From assembly GCA_007129495.1 (NCBI GenBank), contig SKVJ01000039.1, positions 20,303 through 84,302 on the forward strand: 64,000 nt of DNA, written 5' to 3'. A program made the translations under genes and the position numbers. Positions 30,138-39,637 of the stretch are shown piece by piece; position 1 is the stretch's first letter; each line of letters begins with the position of its first letter. This stretch comes from Dehalococcoidia bacterium (GTDB lineage: Bacteria; Chloroflexota; Dehalococcoidia; GIF9; AB-539-J10). Below the pieces are notes generated by a model. It searched no databases. It had not been told where the DNA came from and worked only from the letters and a program-made list of their open reading frames with translations.

Positions 30138-31385
30138 TTGGAGAGTTCTAATCCGTTCGACATTGTGAAGCGGCAGATCGATAGGTGTGCTGAGATAATG
30201 CAGCTTGAGCCAAGCGTGACTGCAATACTCAAGTCACCCGTGCGAGAATTGCACGTCTCGATGCCTGTCCGAATGGATGATGGCACTGTCAGAGTCTTCC
30301 AGGGATTCCGTGTCCAGTACAACGACGCAAGGGGAATAACAAAGGGCGGAATACGGTTTCATCCTGACGAAACTATCGATACCGTGCGTGCTCTTGCAGC
30401 ATGGATGGTGTGGAAATGCGCTCTGGTGGATCTACCACTTGGTGGCGCCAAAGGTGGCGTGATATGCAATCCTAAGGAGATGTCCACAGGTGAACTGGAG
30501 AGGTTGAGTCGAGCCTATGTCAGAAGCGTATTCCAGTTCATCGGTCCGGAACGGGATGTTCCCGCTCCCGATGTCTACACAACGCCGCAGATCATGGCAT
30601 GGATGATGGATGAGTATTCCGTCATCGCGCAGAAGCCGCAATTTGGGGTAATTACCGGGAAGCCGTTGTCCATCGGAGGATCTCTTGGACGAGGCGACGC
30701 TACTGCCCGTGGCGGGATGTACTGTATTCGGGAGGCTGCCAAAGTATTGGGTATCGATTTGAGCAAGGCTACCGTCGCGGTACACGGCTACGGAAATGCT
30801 GGCTACCACGCCGCACGCCTGTGCCGAGATCTGTTTGGCTCCAGGATCGTGGCGGTTTGTGACAGTAAGGGCGGCGCCTGTTGCGAGGTTGGAATCGATC
30901 CCGAAGCTGCGCAGCACTGCAAGGCGTCTACCAGCACGGTATGCGACCTGCCCGAAACCGAGCCGATCTCAGCAGATGAGCTTCTCGAGATGGATGTTGA
31001 CGTACTGATTCCTGCTGCCATCGAAGGTGTTATCACTGCCAGGAATGCCGGAAGAATAAAGGCCCGAATCGTTGCTGAACTGGCGAATGGCCCGACGACG
31101 CCTGAGGCAGATGACATTCTGTTCCAGAATGGCGTGCATCTCATTCCGGACTTTCTTTGTAATGCCGGCGGCGTCACAGTGTCCTATTTCGAGATGGTGC
31201 AGAATTTCTACCAGTATCCATGGTCCGAAGCCGATGTGCATGAGCGTCTGGACAGGAAAATGACTGCTGCATACCACTCTGTGCTTAACACGAGTAGAGA
31301 ATACGAGATCGATATGCGGCAAGCTGCATACATCAGGGCTGTGGAGCGTGTTGTGGAAGTGATGAAGCTTCGCGGATGGGCGTAA
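30138..31385 (+). CDS. gdhA: Glu/Leu/Phe/Val dehydrogenase, most likely glutamate dehydrogenase
   Basis: KGGIRFHP, GGAKGG, DVPAPD, ITGKP, GYGNAG, ELANGP, NAGGVTVSYFE; TTG start with AAGGAG SD. Confidence 0.93.
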   Translation: MESSNPFDIVKRQIDRCAEIMQLEPSVTAILKSPVRELHVSMPVRMDDGTVRVFQGFRVQYNDARGITKGGIRFHPDETIDTVRALAAWMVWKCALVDLPLGGAKGGVICNPKEMSTGELERLSRAYVRSVFQFIGPERDVPAPDVYTTPQIMAWMMDEYSVIAQKPQFGVITGKPLSIGGSLGRGDATARGGMYCIREAAKVLGIDLSKATVAVHGYGNAGYHAARLCRDLFGSRIVAVCDSKGGACCEVGIDPEAAQHCKASTSTVCDLPETEPISADELLEMDVDVLIPAAIEGVITARNAGRIKARIVAELANGPTTPEADDILFQNGVHLIPDFLCNAGGVTVSYFEMVQNFYQYPWSEADVHERLDRKMTAAYHSVLNTSREYEIDMRQAAYIRAVERVVEVMKLRGWA

Positions 31386-31464
31386 GGCGCGGAGTCGCTT
31401 ATTCACATATGTGCACGAGCCGGAAATGAGAGCTCGCATCGGTGCGGGCTTGATCTTGATGATG

Positions 31465-31490
31465 AACAGGGGGCTAAGTGGCCCCCTGTT
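31465..31490. terminator. Bidirectional intrinsic terminator between gdh and glnA
   Basis: AACAGGGGGCT-AAGT-GGCCCCCTGTT hairpin between convergent genes. Confidence 0.75.
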
Positions 31491-31513
31491 TCCGGATTAC
31501 GTGTGGTTGGTGT

Positions 31514-32857
31514 CTAGAACACCGGCAAGTAGCGCTTGAGCTCGTACTCTGTGACCTGAGTGCGGTAGGCATCCCACTCGATTAGCTTGTTCTGAATGAA
31601 TGCGTTGAATACGTGATCCCCAAGGGCTTTGCGGACTACTTCGCTTCCGGCGGTAAGTTGGGTCGCCTCGTAGAGAGTTGCCGGCAGGGAGCCGATGCCC
31701 CGTCGTTCTCTCTCCTCCGGGCCCATTACATAGACATTTTCCTCAACGGGCTCCGGGCACTCATAGCCCTTCTCTATACCTTCCAGCCCTGCGGCAAGCA
31801 TGACAGAAAATGCGAGATATGGATTGCACGCAGGATCGGGAGAGCGGAGCTCGACTCGCGTCGCGTTCTCCTGCCCTGGCTTGTAACCTGGTACTCTGAT
31901 GAGGTCTGCCCTGTTTCGTCTCGCCCACGAGAGATAAACGGGCGCCTCATAACCGGGCACCAGGCGCTTGTATGAATTGACCAACTGGTTGGTGACCGCG
32001 GTGAATTCCGGGGCATGTTGGAGGAGGCCAGCAATGTACGAAAGGGCGGTTCCGGACAGGCTATACCGGCCTTCCGGATCAAAGAATGCGTTGTGACCAT
32101 CTTTGAATAGCGACTGGTGGGTATGCATCCCACTGCCGTTGATGCCGAACACCGGTTTGGGCATGAATGTCGCGTGTACACCATGGTCAAGTGCTATCTG
32201 TTTGACGACCAGCCGATATGTCATGACACTGTCAGCCATTGTGAGAGCGTCGGTGTAACGCATGTCGATCTCGTGCTGGCTAGGCGCAACTTCGTGGTGG
32301 GAATACTCGACACCTATGCCCATTTCCTCAAGTGTGAGAACAGTCTCTCTTCGCAAGTCGGTCGCCAGATCCAGTGGGGTCATATCGAAGTAGCCACCTT
32401 CGTCGAGCGGCTCGGTGCCATACTTGTCCTTGAAGTAGAAATACTCCAGTTCAGGTCCAACGTAGAATGTGAAGCCCAGGTCTGCCGCCCTTTGTAGGTT
32501 CCTCTTGAGCACATAACGTGGGTCGCCCTCGAAGGGCGTTCCCTCGGGTCGAATAACATCACAGAACATCCTCGCTACTGCGTGGTGACCTTTCGGTCTC
32601 CACGGCAATAACTGAAAAGTCTCCGGATCCGGCAGGGCCATCATGTCGCTCTCATCGATGCGGCAGAATCCCTCGATCGATGATCCGTCAAAACCCATGC
32701 CCTCTTCAAGGGCTCCCTCAAGTTCTTCGACAGTGATAGCGAAACTCTTGAGGTATCCCAGGATATCAGTGAACCATAACCGGATGAACTTGACGTCGTG
32801 CTCTTTTGCCGTCTTCAGCACGTATTCCTTGGCTTCGTCCCTTGTTCTCTTGGCCAT
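31514..32857 (-). CDS. glnA: Glutamine synthetase type I (alpha-like)
   Basis: FDGSSIEGF, HHEVAPSQHEI, FMPKP...NGSGMH, SYKRLVPGYEAP, ELRSPDP..NPYL. Confidence 0.97.
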   Translation of the reverse strand: MAKRTRDEAKEYVLKTAKEHDVKFIRLWFTDILGYLKSFAITVEELEGALEEGMGFDGSSIEGFCRIDESDMMALPDPETFQLLPWRPKGHHAVARMFCDVIRPEGTPFEGDPRYVLKRNLQRAADLGFTFYVGPELEYFYFKDKYGTEPLDEGGYFDMTPLDLATDLRRETVLTLEEMGIGVEYSHHEVAPSQHEIDMRYTDALTMADSVMTYRLVVKQIALDHGVHATFMPKPVFGINGSGMHTHQSLFKDGHNAFFDPEGRYSLSGTALSYIAGLLQHAPEFTAVTNQLVNSYKRLVPGYEAPVYLSWARRNRADLIRVPGYKPGQENATRVELRSPDPACNPYLAFSVMLAAGLEGIEKGYECPEPVEENVYVMGPEERERRGIGSLPATLYEATQLTAGSEVVRKALGDHVFNAFIQNKLIEWDAYRTQVTEYELKRYLPVF

Positions 32858-32927
32858 TTCTCCTCCTTTATCTGCTGCGCCGCTGTGACGGCTCAACGTT
32901 CGATAAGGAGAATTATCAGTGCAGAAT

Positions 32928-32965
32928 GTTTCGGGTGTGTTTCGCTGGTGTTACCGGGCCGTGAA
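32928..32965 (-). promoter_or_regulatory. GlnR-box array upstream of glnA
   Basis: Minus strand TTCAC-N6-GTAAC-N6-GAAAC-N6-GAAAC, four half-sites at exact 11-bp phase, followed by -10-like GATAAT (32912-32917). Confidence 0.8.
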
Positions 32966-32985
32966 TTGTGCGACGGGCTCAGAAA

Positions 32986-34431
32986 CTAGCCCCTGAGTTC
33001 TTCTATTAACATATTGCGCGTCATGGAGGGGTTCGCCCTGCCACGTGTGAGGCGCATTACCTGGCCTGTGAGGAATGTGAGCGACTGTGCTCTTCCAGCG
33101 CGGTAGTCCGCGACTGCTTTTGGGTTCTCGACAACTACCTGGCGAACTGCGTCCAGAATTGCATCCGAGCTGCTGATCTGTCCGAGATCCAATTCCTCGA
33201 TAATGCCTGCCGGTGGTTTGCCGGTACGATACATCTCCTCAAGAACAACTTTGGCTGCAGGGCCTCCCAAATCTCCACTTTCAATGAGTCCAACCAAAGC
33301 AGCAAGTCCTTCCGGCTGGAGGGGGCAATCGCACACCTCCACCCCGTCAGCGTTGATGAGGCGACTGACGTCGCCAAGAAGCCAATTAGCAATTGTGCGC
33401 GCCTGACCGCCGGAAGTGCGTACAACACACTGTTCAAAGAAATCGGCCATGGCACGAGAGGACACCAGAGTCAGCGCATCATGTGGAGCGATATCGTACG
33501 CTGACACGAAACGAGAACGGCGGACATCGGGAAGTTCGGGCATTCGATCCTCGACTTCAGTTATCCAGGACTGATCGAGCACCAGTGGAGGCAGGTCTGG
33601 CTCGGGGAAGTAGCGGTAGTCCTCGGCGAACTCCTTGGTCCGTTGCAGTACCGTGACGCCCTCCGCTTCCAGCCAGCCTCGAGTCTCCTGCCGCAGGCTT
33701 CCGCCGGTGCTCAGGAGATCCGCCTGGCGCTGCTGCTCGTACTTGAGGGCACGATACACGCTCCGGAAGCTATTCATATTCTTCACCTCGATCTTGGTGC
33801 CGAAGTCAGTCGACCCGATCGGGCGCAGGCTGATATTCGCATCGCAGCGAAAGCTGCCCTCCTCCATGTTGCCGGTGGAAACTCCAAGGTATCTCAAGAG
33901 GCCTCTCAGTCGCACCAGATACTCTCGGGCTTCCTCAGGCGACTGCAAATTGGGGTCACTGACGGTTTCCATGAGAGGGACACTGGACCGGTTGATATCA
34001 ACGAGGCTGTGGTCTTCCATATGAAACACTTTCGCAACATCTTCCTCAAGGTGCACGCGTGTAATTCCGACTCGCTTGGACTTGCCACCTACCTCGATAT
34101 CGAGCCATCCGTTGCGTCCGATCGGGGCATCGTACTGTGAGATCTGATATCCCTTCATGAGGTCCGGGTAGAAATAGTTCTTGCGGTCGAAACGGGTGTG
34201 TAGTGGCAAATCGCAGTGCAATGCGAGCGCGGTGGTGATGACAAACTCGATGGCTTGCCGATTTGCGACAGGCAAAGTGCCCGGCATTCCCATGCAGATC
34301 GGACATACCCGCGTATTAGGGGTGGAATCCTGGTAGTCCGCGCCACACCCGCAGAACATCTTCGTACGTGTGAGTAACTGCGCGTGGACTTCAAGTCCGA
34401 TGACTGTTTCGTAAGAATCAAGATTAGCCAT
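32986..34431 (-). CDS. gatB: Asp/Glu-tRNA amidotransferase subunit B
   Basis: IGLEVHAQL, FDRKNYFYPDL.KGYQISQ, HLEED, RCDANIS, DYRYFPEPDL. Confidence 0.97.
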   Translation of the reverse strand: MANLDSYETVIGLEVHAQLLTRTKMFCGCGADYQDSTPNTRVCPICMGMPGTLPVANRQAIEFVITTALALHCDLPLHTRFDRKNYFYPDLMKGYQISQYDAPIGRNGWLDIEVGGKSKRVGITRVHLEEDVAKVFHMEDHSLVDINRSSVPLMETVSDPNLQSPEEAREYLVRLRGLLRYLGVSTGNMEEGSFRCDANISLRPIGSTDFGTKIEVKNMNSFRSVYRALKYEQQRQADLLSTGGSLRQETRGWLEAEGVTVLQRTKEFAEDYRYFPEPDLPPLVLDQSWITEVEDRMPELPDVRRSRFVSAYDIAPHDALTLVSSRAMADFFEQCVVRTSGGQARTIANWLLGDVSRLINADGVEVCDCPLQPEGLAALVGLIESGDLGGPAAKVVLEEMYRTGKPPAGIIEELDLGQISSSDAILDAVRQVVVENPKAVADYRAGRAQSLTFLTGQVMRLTRGRANPSMTRNMLIEELRG

Positions 34432-34724
34432 TCACTCCTCCGGAGACAAGGCGTGGAAAGCCTGCCACGGTGCACTCATAGTCTGTGTGAAAGCTATTCA
34501 CCAGCGCCAACTGAATGTAGTATCGTCTCAAACCGTCGACCACAGATGATCTGCAGGCAACCTCATGCATTGAGCGGTTCCCAGCATCAGCGCTGACACG
34601 GGTCTTAGGTCAAGAAACAATAATAACACACGTGCCACAACCTGTCGGCTGAGCCCTGATGGTGCGTAGAGGAATCGATTACAATGCTCCGCCAGCGCGG
34701 TTGATTCATCGGCAGTTGCCGATC

Positions 34725-35396
34725 CTACACGTGCTTGCGAAAGCGGTAACCGATGTTGCGCACTGTGTCGATGAATGTATGCCCCGGATCCTCAAGTTTG
34801 CTCCGTAGCCGCCTTATGTGCACGTCCACTGTTCGATCGCCACCATAGTAGTCGTAGCCCCACACTTTGTTGAGAAGCGACTGACGAGTGTGTACACGAC
34901 CAGGCTCGCGTGCCAGAAACTTGAGAAGTTCATACTCTTTGAAGGTCAACTCGACTAGTCGTCCTGCGATACTAACCTCGCACGTCGCGGCATTGATGGC
35001 GAGGTCTCCATGCCGCATGAGGTCGGCGCTTTCGGGGTGAAGAGTGAGAAGGTGCCTGACTCTGGCACGCAATTCGGTATCCGAAGAACTGCCAACGAAG
35101 AAGTCCTCGATGCCGATGGCAGGCCAGGCGACGTCAAGGAGGTCGAACGTGATAACGGTGAGCAGCGGGCTGTCCGTGATTGCCTTTATCCTCGGCGGCA
35201 TTGCGGTAAGATCGTCGGGCGAGTCAGCAACGAGAATCACCGCCGATGTCGCTGCGAGCAGAAAACTCTCGATCGAAGTGGTATTCGAGGCTTTCCTGAC
35301 CTTGGCGGGAAGCAGGGCAAGCGCCTGTGGCAGTTCAGGAAAAGGAGAGGGTTCGGGATGCACGATTGCGAGATGCGGGATCGGTAGGTTGTTCAC
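34725..35396 (-). CDS. glnR: Orphan OmpR-family regulator resembling actinobacterial GlnR
   Basis: LTFKEYELLKFL...VWGYDYYGGDRTVDVHIRRLRSKL...TVRNIGYRF; atypical receiver domain; no kinase nearby. Confidence 0.78.
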   Translation of the reverse strand: MNNLPIPHLAIVHPEPSPFPELPQALALLPAKVRKASNTTSIESFLLAATSAVILVADSPDDLTAMPPRIKAITDSPLLTVITFDLLDVAWPAIGIEDFFVGSSSDTELRARVRHLLTLHPESADLMRHGDLAINAATCEVSIAGRLVELTFKEYELLKFLAREPGRVHTRQSLLNKVWGYDYYGGDRTVDVHIRRLRSKLEDPGHTFIDTVRNIGYRFRKHV

Positions 35397-35408
35397 TTGC
35401 GTCCTGCG

Positions 35409-36176
35409 TTAGTAAGCGTATAGTCTGCCGTATGGCCGCAGGTATAGTGGGAACAGCTTCACGAAATCAGCATCCAATATTTGATCCGCATTCGTTCCAA
35501 ATTGAGCCGAGTACCTGCCGATAGCCTCCCTGATGATACAGAAATCCCTATCATCAGGAGCAGCGACTCCAACTTCCTTCCCAAGCTGGTGACTTTCTAT
35601 TGGGCCACGAAGGAAGATGGCTCCGCCGTGCATTCCTGTACCCACGAACCTCGCTCGCGACCATGCAGATCCACGTGTCATCAATCCTAACACGATAAGT
35701 GTGCCACCTGCCATGTACTCGCCCAAAAAGTCCTGCGCTCCACCTCCTACAACCACTGTTGGACCTTTTCCCTCATACTCCTTCATGTGGATGCCGGCTC
35801 TGTAGCCTGCACTGTCACGGACCAGAATGGTTCCGCCACGAGCGGCCAGTCCAAGCGCATCACCTGTATGCCCGTGAATCACTATCTCGCCACCATTCAT
35901 GGTATTGCCCACGCCATCCTGGCCGTTGCCATGGATGATGAGAGATGGTCCACTCATGAACGCACCGAGATCGTTGCCAGGCGTTCCATGCAGGTCAATC
36001 GTCACTTGCGCGTTCAGGTTTGTTCCGATATAGCGCTGGCCATTCACATTGCGGACCGTGATGTGTTTGGCACCTTGGCCGACCGCCTGGTTGAGGAGGG
36101 TATTCAGATCGCGAAATGCCATTCTGCGTGCGTCGATTTCCATCGCCATACTCTCCAATGGTGTGGCTGTTGCCAT
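35409..36176 (-). CDS. Glutamate synthase GXGXG (domain 3) subunit
   Basis: GQRYIG, GTPGNDLGAFM, GDALG, GYRAGIHMKEY, DFLGEYMAGG. Confidence 0.92.
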   Translation of the reverse strand: MATATPLESMAMEIDARRMAFRDLNTLLNQAVGQGAKHITVRNVNGQRYIGTNLNAQVTIDLHGTPGNDLGAFMSGPSLIIHGNGQDGVGNTMNGGEIVIHGHTGDALGLAARGGTILVRDSAGYRAGIHMKEYEGKGPTVVVGGGAQDFLGEYMAGGTLIVLGLMTRGSAWSRARFVGTGMHGGAIFLRGPIESHQLGKEVGVAAPDDRDFCIIREAIGRYSAQFGTNADQILDADFVKLFPLYLRPYGRLYAY

Positions 36177-36179
36177 ATT

Positions 36180-37682
36180 TCACCTGCCAGCCATTCTGAC
36201 CCCGAGGATTTCAAGCTCTGTGTCGCTAAGGCCAACTCCCCTGAGGTGGAGCCGATTGCCCCGAAGGCTCTCGATTGCATTTACTCCCATTCCGCCAAGC
36301 ATATCCATTATTTCAAGGCTCCATCCCCTGACGAGATTGATCACTCTTTGCGCACCAATCTCCGGGTTAATGCGTTTAGTAAGAACCGGGTCGCTCGTGC
36401 ATATGCCCCAGTTGCACTTGCCTGTGTAGCACTGCTGGCACACGTGGCAGCCAAGGGCGATCAAGGCTGCGGTGCCGATATATACGGCATCTGCCCCCAA
36501 CGCGATAGCTTTTGCCACGTCGCCACTGCACCGAAGACCACCGGAGGCGACGACCGAAGCCTGGTTGCGGATACCCTCTTCACGCAACCTGGTATCAACC
36601 GATGCCAGCGCCAGCTCTAAGGGGATTCCGACGCTATCCCGAATCGCCTTGGGTGCAGCGCCGGTTGCGCCGCGCAATCCATCAACTACGATGATGTCCG
36701 CTCCCGCACGTACCATTCCGCTTGCAATGGCTGCCACATTATGCACTGCTGCTATCTTCACCGAGACCGGCTTCTCATAGTTGGTCACTTCCTTGATCGC
36801 ATAGATGAGTTGACGGAGATCCTCTATTGAATAGATGTCGTGATGCGGAGCGGGTGATAGTGCATCGGTACCGATGGGGATCATTCTGGTCTTGGAAACC
36901 TCGTCAGTCACCTTCTCTCCGGGTAGATGGCCGCCGATTCCAGGCTTGGCTCCCTGGCCAATCTTGATCTCGATGATGCGGGCAGAGCGAAGATACTCCG
37001 GGTTCACGCCATAGCGGCCTGATGCAACTTGAACCGTGGTGTTCGGTCCATACCGGGCGAGAGACGGGTGCAGTCCGCCTTCACCAGTGTTCCATAGAGT
37101 ACCCAATTCGGTGGCGGCCCTCGCCAGGGAGAGTTGAACGTTCAGGCTGACCGCGCCGTACGACATCGCGGCGAACATGATAGGTGTCTCCAGCTTCACC
37201 TGTGGGGCCAAGGTTGTCGTTAGGATTCCGGCTTCATCGAAGGTGAGCCGGTCGGGTTTCCTTCCGAGGTACGTACTGAGTTCCATCGGCTCCCGCAGTG
37301 GGTCAATTGAAGGATTAGTTACCTGGCTCGCGTTAAGCAGCAGATGATCCCAGTAGATAGTATGGTTCTTATCGTCGCCCATTCCCGTAAGGAGCATGCC
37401 TCCGCTCTCTGCCTGCTTGAGAATATCTTCAATAACCTCGGGCCGCCAGTTAGCATTCGTGCGGTATTCGAGGGGATTGCGGCGAATTGTGAGTGCGTTG
37501 GTAGGACAGAAGACCACACACCTGTGGCATCCCACACAGTTGTCTTCATGAGCTTTTACAGTGTGGTCATCCTCGTCGAAATAGTGGACCTTGAAGCTGC
37601 ACTGGGTCACGCAGACGTTGCACTGGATGCATCTTGTCGGATCGCGTTCCACAATGAATCTGGTAGGCAAGAAACTCTTCAT
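36180..37682 (-). CDS. Glutamate synthase FMN-binding subunit with N-terminal 2x[4Fe-4S] domain
   Basis: CIQCNVC..C, CVGCHRC..CP, AMSYGA, NTGEGG, IKIGQGAKPGIGGHLPG.KV, SPAPHHDIYSIEDL, C-terminal 3Fe-4S Cys. Confidence 0.95.
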   Translation of the reverse strand: MKSFLPTRFIVERDPTRCIQCNVCVTQCSFKVHYFDEDDHTVKAHEDNCVGCHRCVVFCPTNALTIRRNPLEYRTNANWRPEVIEDILKQAESGGMLLTGMGDDKNHTIYWDHLLLNASQVTNPSIDPLREPMELSTYLGRKPDRLTFDEAGILTTTLAPQVKLETPIMFAAMSYGAVSLNVQLSLARAATELGTLWNTGEGGLHPSLARYGPNTTVQVASGRYGVNPEYLRSARIIEIKIGQGAKPGIGGHLPGEKVTDEVSKTRMIPIGTDALSPAPHHDIYSIEDLRQLIYAIKEVTNYEKPVSVKIAAVHNVAAIASGMVRAGADIIVVDGLRGATGAAPKAIRDSVGIPLELALASVDTRLREEGIRNQASVVASGGLRCSGDVAKAIALGADAVYIGTAALIALGCHVCQQCYTGKCNWGICTSDPVLTKRINPEIGAQRVINLVRGWSLEIMDMLGGMGVNAIESLRGNRLHLRGVGLSDTELEILGVRMAGR

Positions 37683-37692
37683 GATGTTATTC

Positions 37693-38460
37693 CTAGTTTC
37701 GGATTGCGATGCCTTTCGCTGCAAGGTACTGCTTTGTCGCAAGAATGTCGGTTTCATTGTAGTGGAATATGCTTGCCGCCAGTACGGCATCAGCTTCGCC
37801 TTCCTCAAGCGCACGATAGAGATCCTGAGGTGATCCTGCTCCCCCACTTGCAATTACGGGGATCGACACCTGCGTCGAGATCGCTCGAGTGAGTTCAATG
37901 TCGTAACCCGTGCGGTGGCCGTCGGCATCCATGCTGGTGAGAAGTATTTCTCCCGCTCCCAGTGCGGCAGCCTGCGCAGCCCACTGCACGGCATCGATGT
38001 CTACAGCCACGCTTCCACCGTACGCGTGTACCTGCCATCGGAGAGGATTGCTGCCGGGAATACGTTTCGCATCTATTGCGACGACGACACACTGGCTGCC
38101 GAAGCGGTCGGCGGCCTGGCTGATTAGATCCGGGTGGCGTACCGCCGAGGTATTGACCGAAATTTTGTCCGCGCCGCTCAACAGCAGGCGCCGCATGTCC
38201 TCAACAGTGCGAAGTCCACCGCCCACTGTAAGTGGAATGAAGACGACCTCAGCTATGCGCTCCACGAGTGTAGCCATAGTTTCCCTGTGCTCTTTGCTTG
38301 CAGTGATGTCGAGGAAGACCAGTTCGTCAGCCCCTCCGCGGTAGTAGCGGCGGGCGAGTTCGACCGGATCCCCGGAGTCGCGAAGGGACTGGAAGCTCTT
38401 TCCCTTCACGACGCGACCATCCTTCACGTCGAGACAGGGAATGATGCGCTTAGTCAGCAC
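37693..38460 (-). CDS. hisF: Imidazole glycerol phosphate synthase cyclase subunit
   Basis: [46 protein letters not shown]. Confidence 0.96.
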   Translation of the reverse strand: MLTKRIIPCLDVKDGRVVKGKSFQSLRDSGDPVELARRYYRGGADELVFLDITASKEHRETMATLVERIAEVVFIPLTVGGGLRTVEDMRRLLLSGADKISVNTSAVRHPDLISQAADRFGSQCVVVAIDAKRIPGSNPLRWQVHAYGGSVAVDIDAVQWAAQAAALGAGEILLTSMDADGHRTGYDIELTRAISTQVSIPVIASGGAGSPQDLYRALEEGEADAVLAASIFHYNETDILATKQYLAAKGIAIRN

Positions 38461-39598
38461 GAGCAGGTACCTCAATTGCAGGCCGTTGCTCGTCGGATGA
38501 CGGCATGTTCCCCAAGCGTGAGATGACAGGCTGGCCGCCGATCGGTATCCAGGTGTCGTCCAGTTCGGGGCTTACAAGTCTGATAGCCGATTCTTCCGAG
38601 GAGAGAAAGACCCTGGTACCCTGCGTAGCCACTACCAGCGGGCGGAGGCGGATCCTGTCGGTGAGTCCTACCATTTCACCTTCACGTGCGATGATGACAG
38701 TGAATGGCCCGTTCAGCAACAAACCGCCGTATGTGATGCGCAACGCCTCCATCACTTGAGCCTCAACTGCCTCCATCCGCGGAGCATCAGACCAGAAGGG
38801 TGCGGCGAGAACCTTCGCGGCTATCCGCATCGGCAGCTGATGTCGTCGAACCAGCAGATCGACTGCATAAGCAACAACTTCGGTGTCCGTTTGCAGCGAA
38901 CATATGTAGCCATACTGTTCGAGTGTGCGCTTGTTAATGCCATACGAAGATATTTCGCCATTGTGAACGACGGTCCAATCCAGAAGGCTGAATGGGTGAG
39001 CGCCGCCCCACCATCCGGGAGTGTTGGTGGGAAATCTGCCATGGGCTGTCCATATATAGCCGCTATAGTGTTCGAGTCTGAAGAACCGGGCGATATCGTA
39101 TGGATGGCCAACGCCCTTGAAGACACCCATGTTCTTCCCGGCCGAAAACACGAAGCTATCGGAGATATGTGAATTGATATGCATGGTCTTGTCGGCAACG
39201 TACTGAGCTTCATCGCTGACACCGAGTTTCTCGGGCCGGACGGACGCGAAGTACCTTTGCATCAAGGGTGGATTGGCGATGAGGTCCGGATCAACCTCCA
39301 TCGCCTCGGATTGCGCGATGACGAAGGACTCCGCAAGGTAGGCTTCAGTGTCACGTTGCCCTTGCCTGCTTGTGTACATAACGTGAAACGCAAACTCCTC
39401 CGGACGCTCCGGGTATAAGCCGTATGCGGCGAATCCACCACCGAGACCGTTATCCCTGTCCCTCATCAGGTCGATTGCCTGAATGGCTACATCCGCCGGA
39501 ATGGAGGCGCCGGATGTATCCATCACTCCAAAAATCGAGCACCCGTCGGATACCTTGTCGTCCCTGTATCTGTTATTGAGCTGGGTTAGATTCTTCAT
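38450..39598 (-). CDS. Class II (Ntn) glutamine amidotransferase, glutamate synthase domain-1 subunit
   Basis: DG|[50 protein letters not shown]. Confidence 0.92.
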   Translation of the reverse strand: MKNLTQLNNRYRDDKVSDGCSIFGVMDTSGASIPADVAIQAIDLMRDRDNGLGGGFAAYGLYPERPEEFAFHVMYTSRQGQRDTEAYLAESFVIAQSEAMEVDPDLIANPPLMQRYFASVRPEKLGVSDEAQYVADKTMHINSHISDSFVFSAGKNMGVFKGVGHPYDIARFFRLEHYSGYIWTAHGRFPTNTPGWWGGAHPFSLLDWTVVHNGEISSYGINKRTLEQYGYICSLQTDTEVVAYAVDLLVRRHQLPMRIAAKVLAAPFWSDAPRMEAVEAQVMEALRITYGGLLLNGPFTVIIAREGEMVGLTDRIRLRPLVVATQGTRVFLSSEESAIRLVSPELDDTWIPIGGQPVISRLGNMPSSDEQRPAIEVPARAD

Positions 39599-39637
39599 TT
39601 CGTCACCGCTTCCTGCTGATAATGCGCCGACATCTCT

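Noticed and set aside
32858-32910. Glutamine riboswitch in the glnA leader
   Set aside because: The leader is short, has only a small hairpin and lacks recognisable glnA-motif nucleotides; DNA-level GlnR boxes explain the region better.
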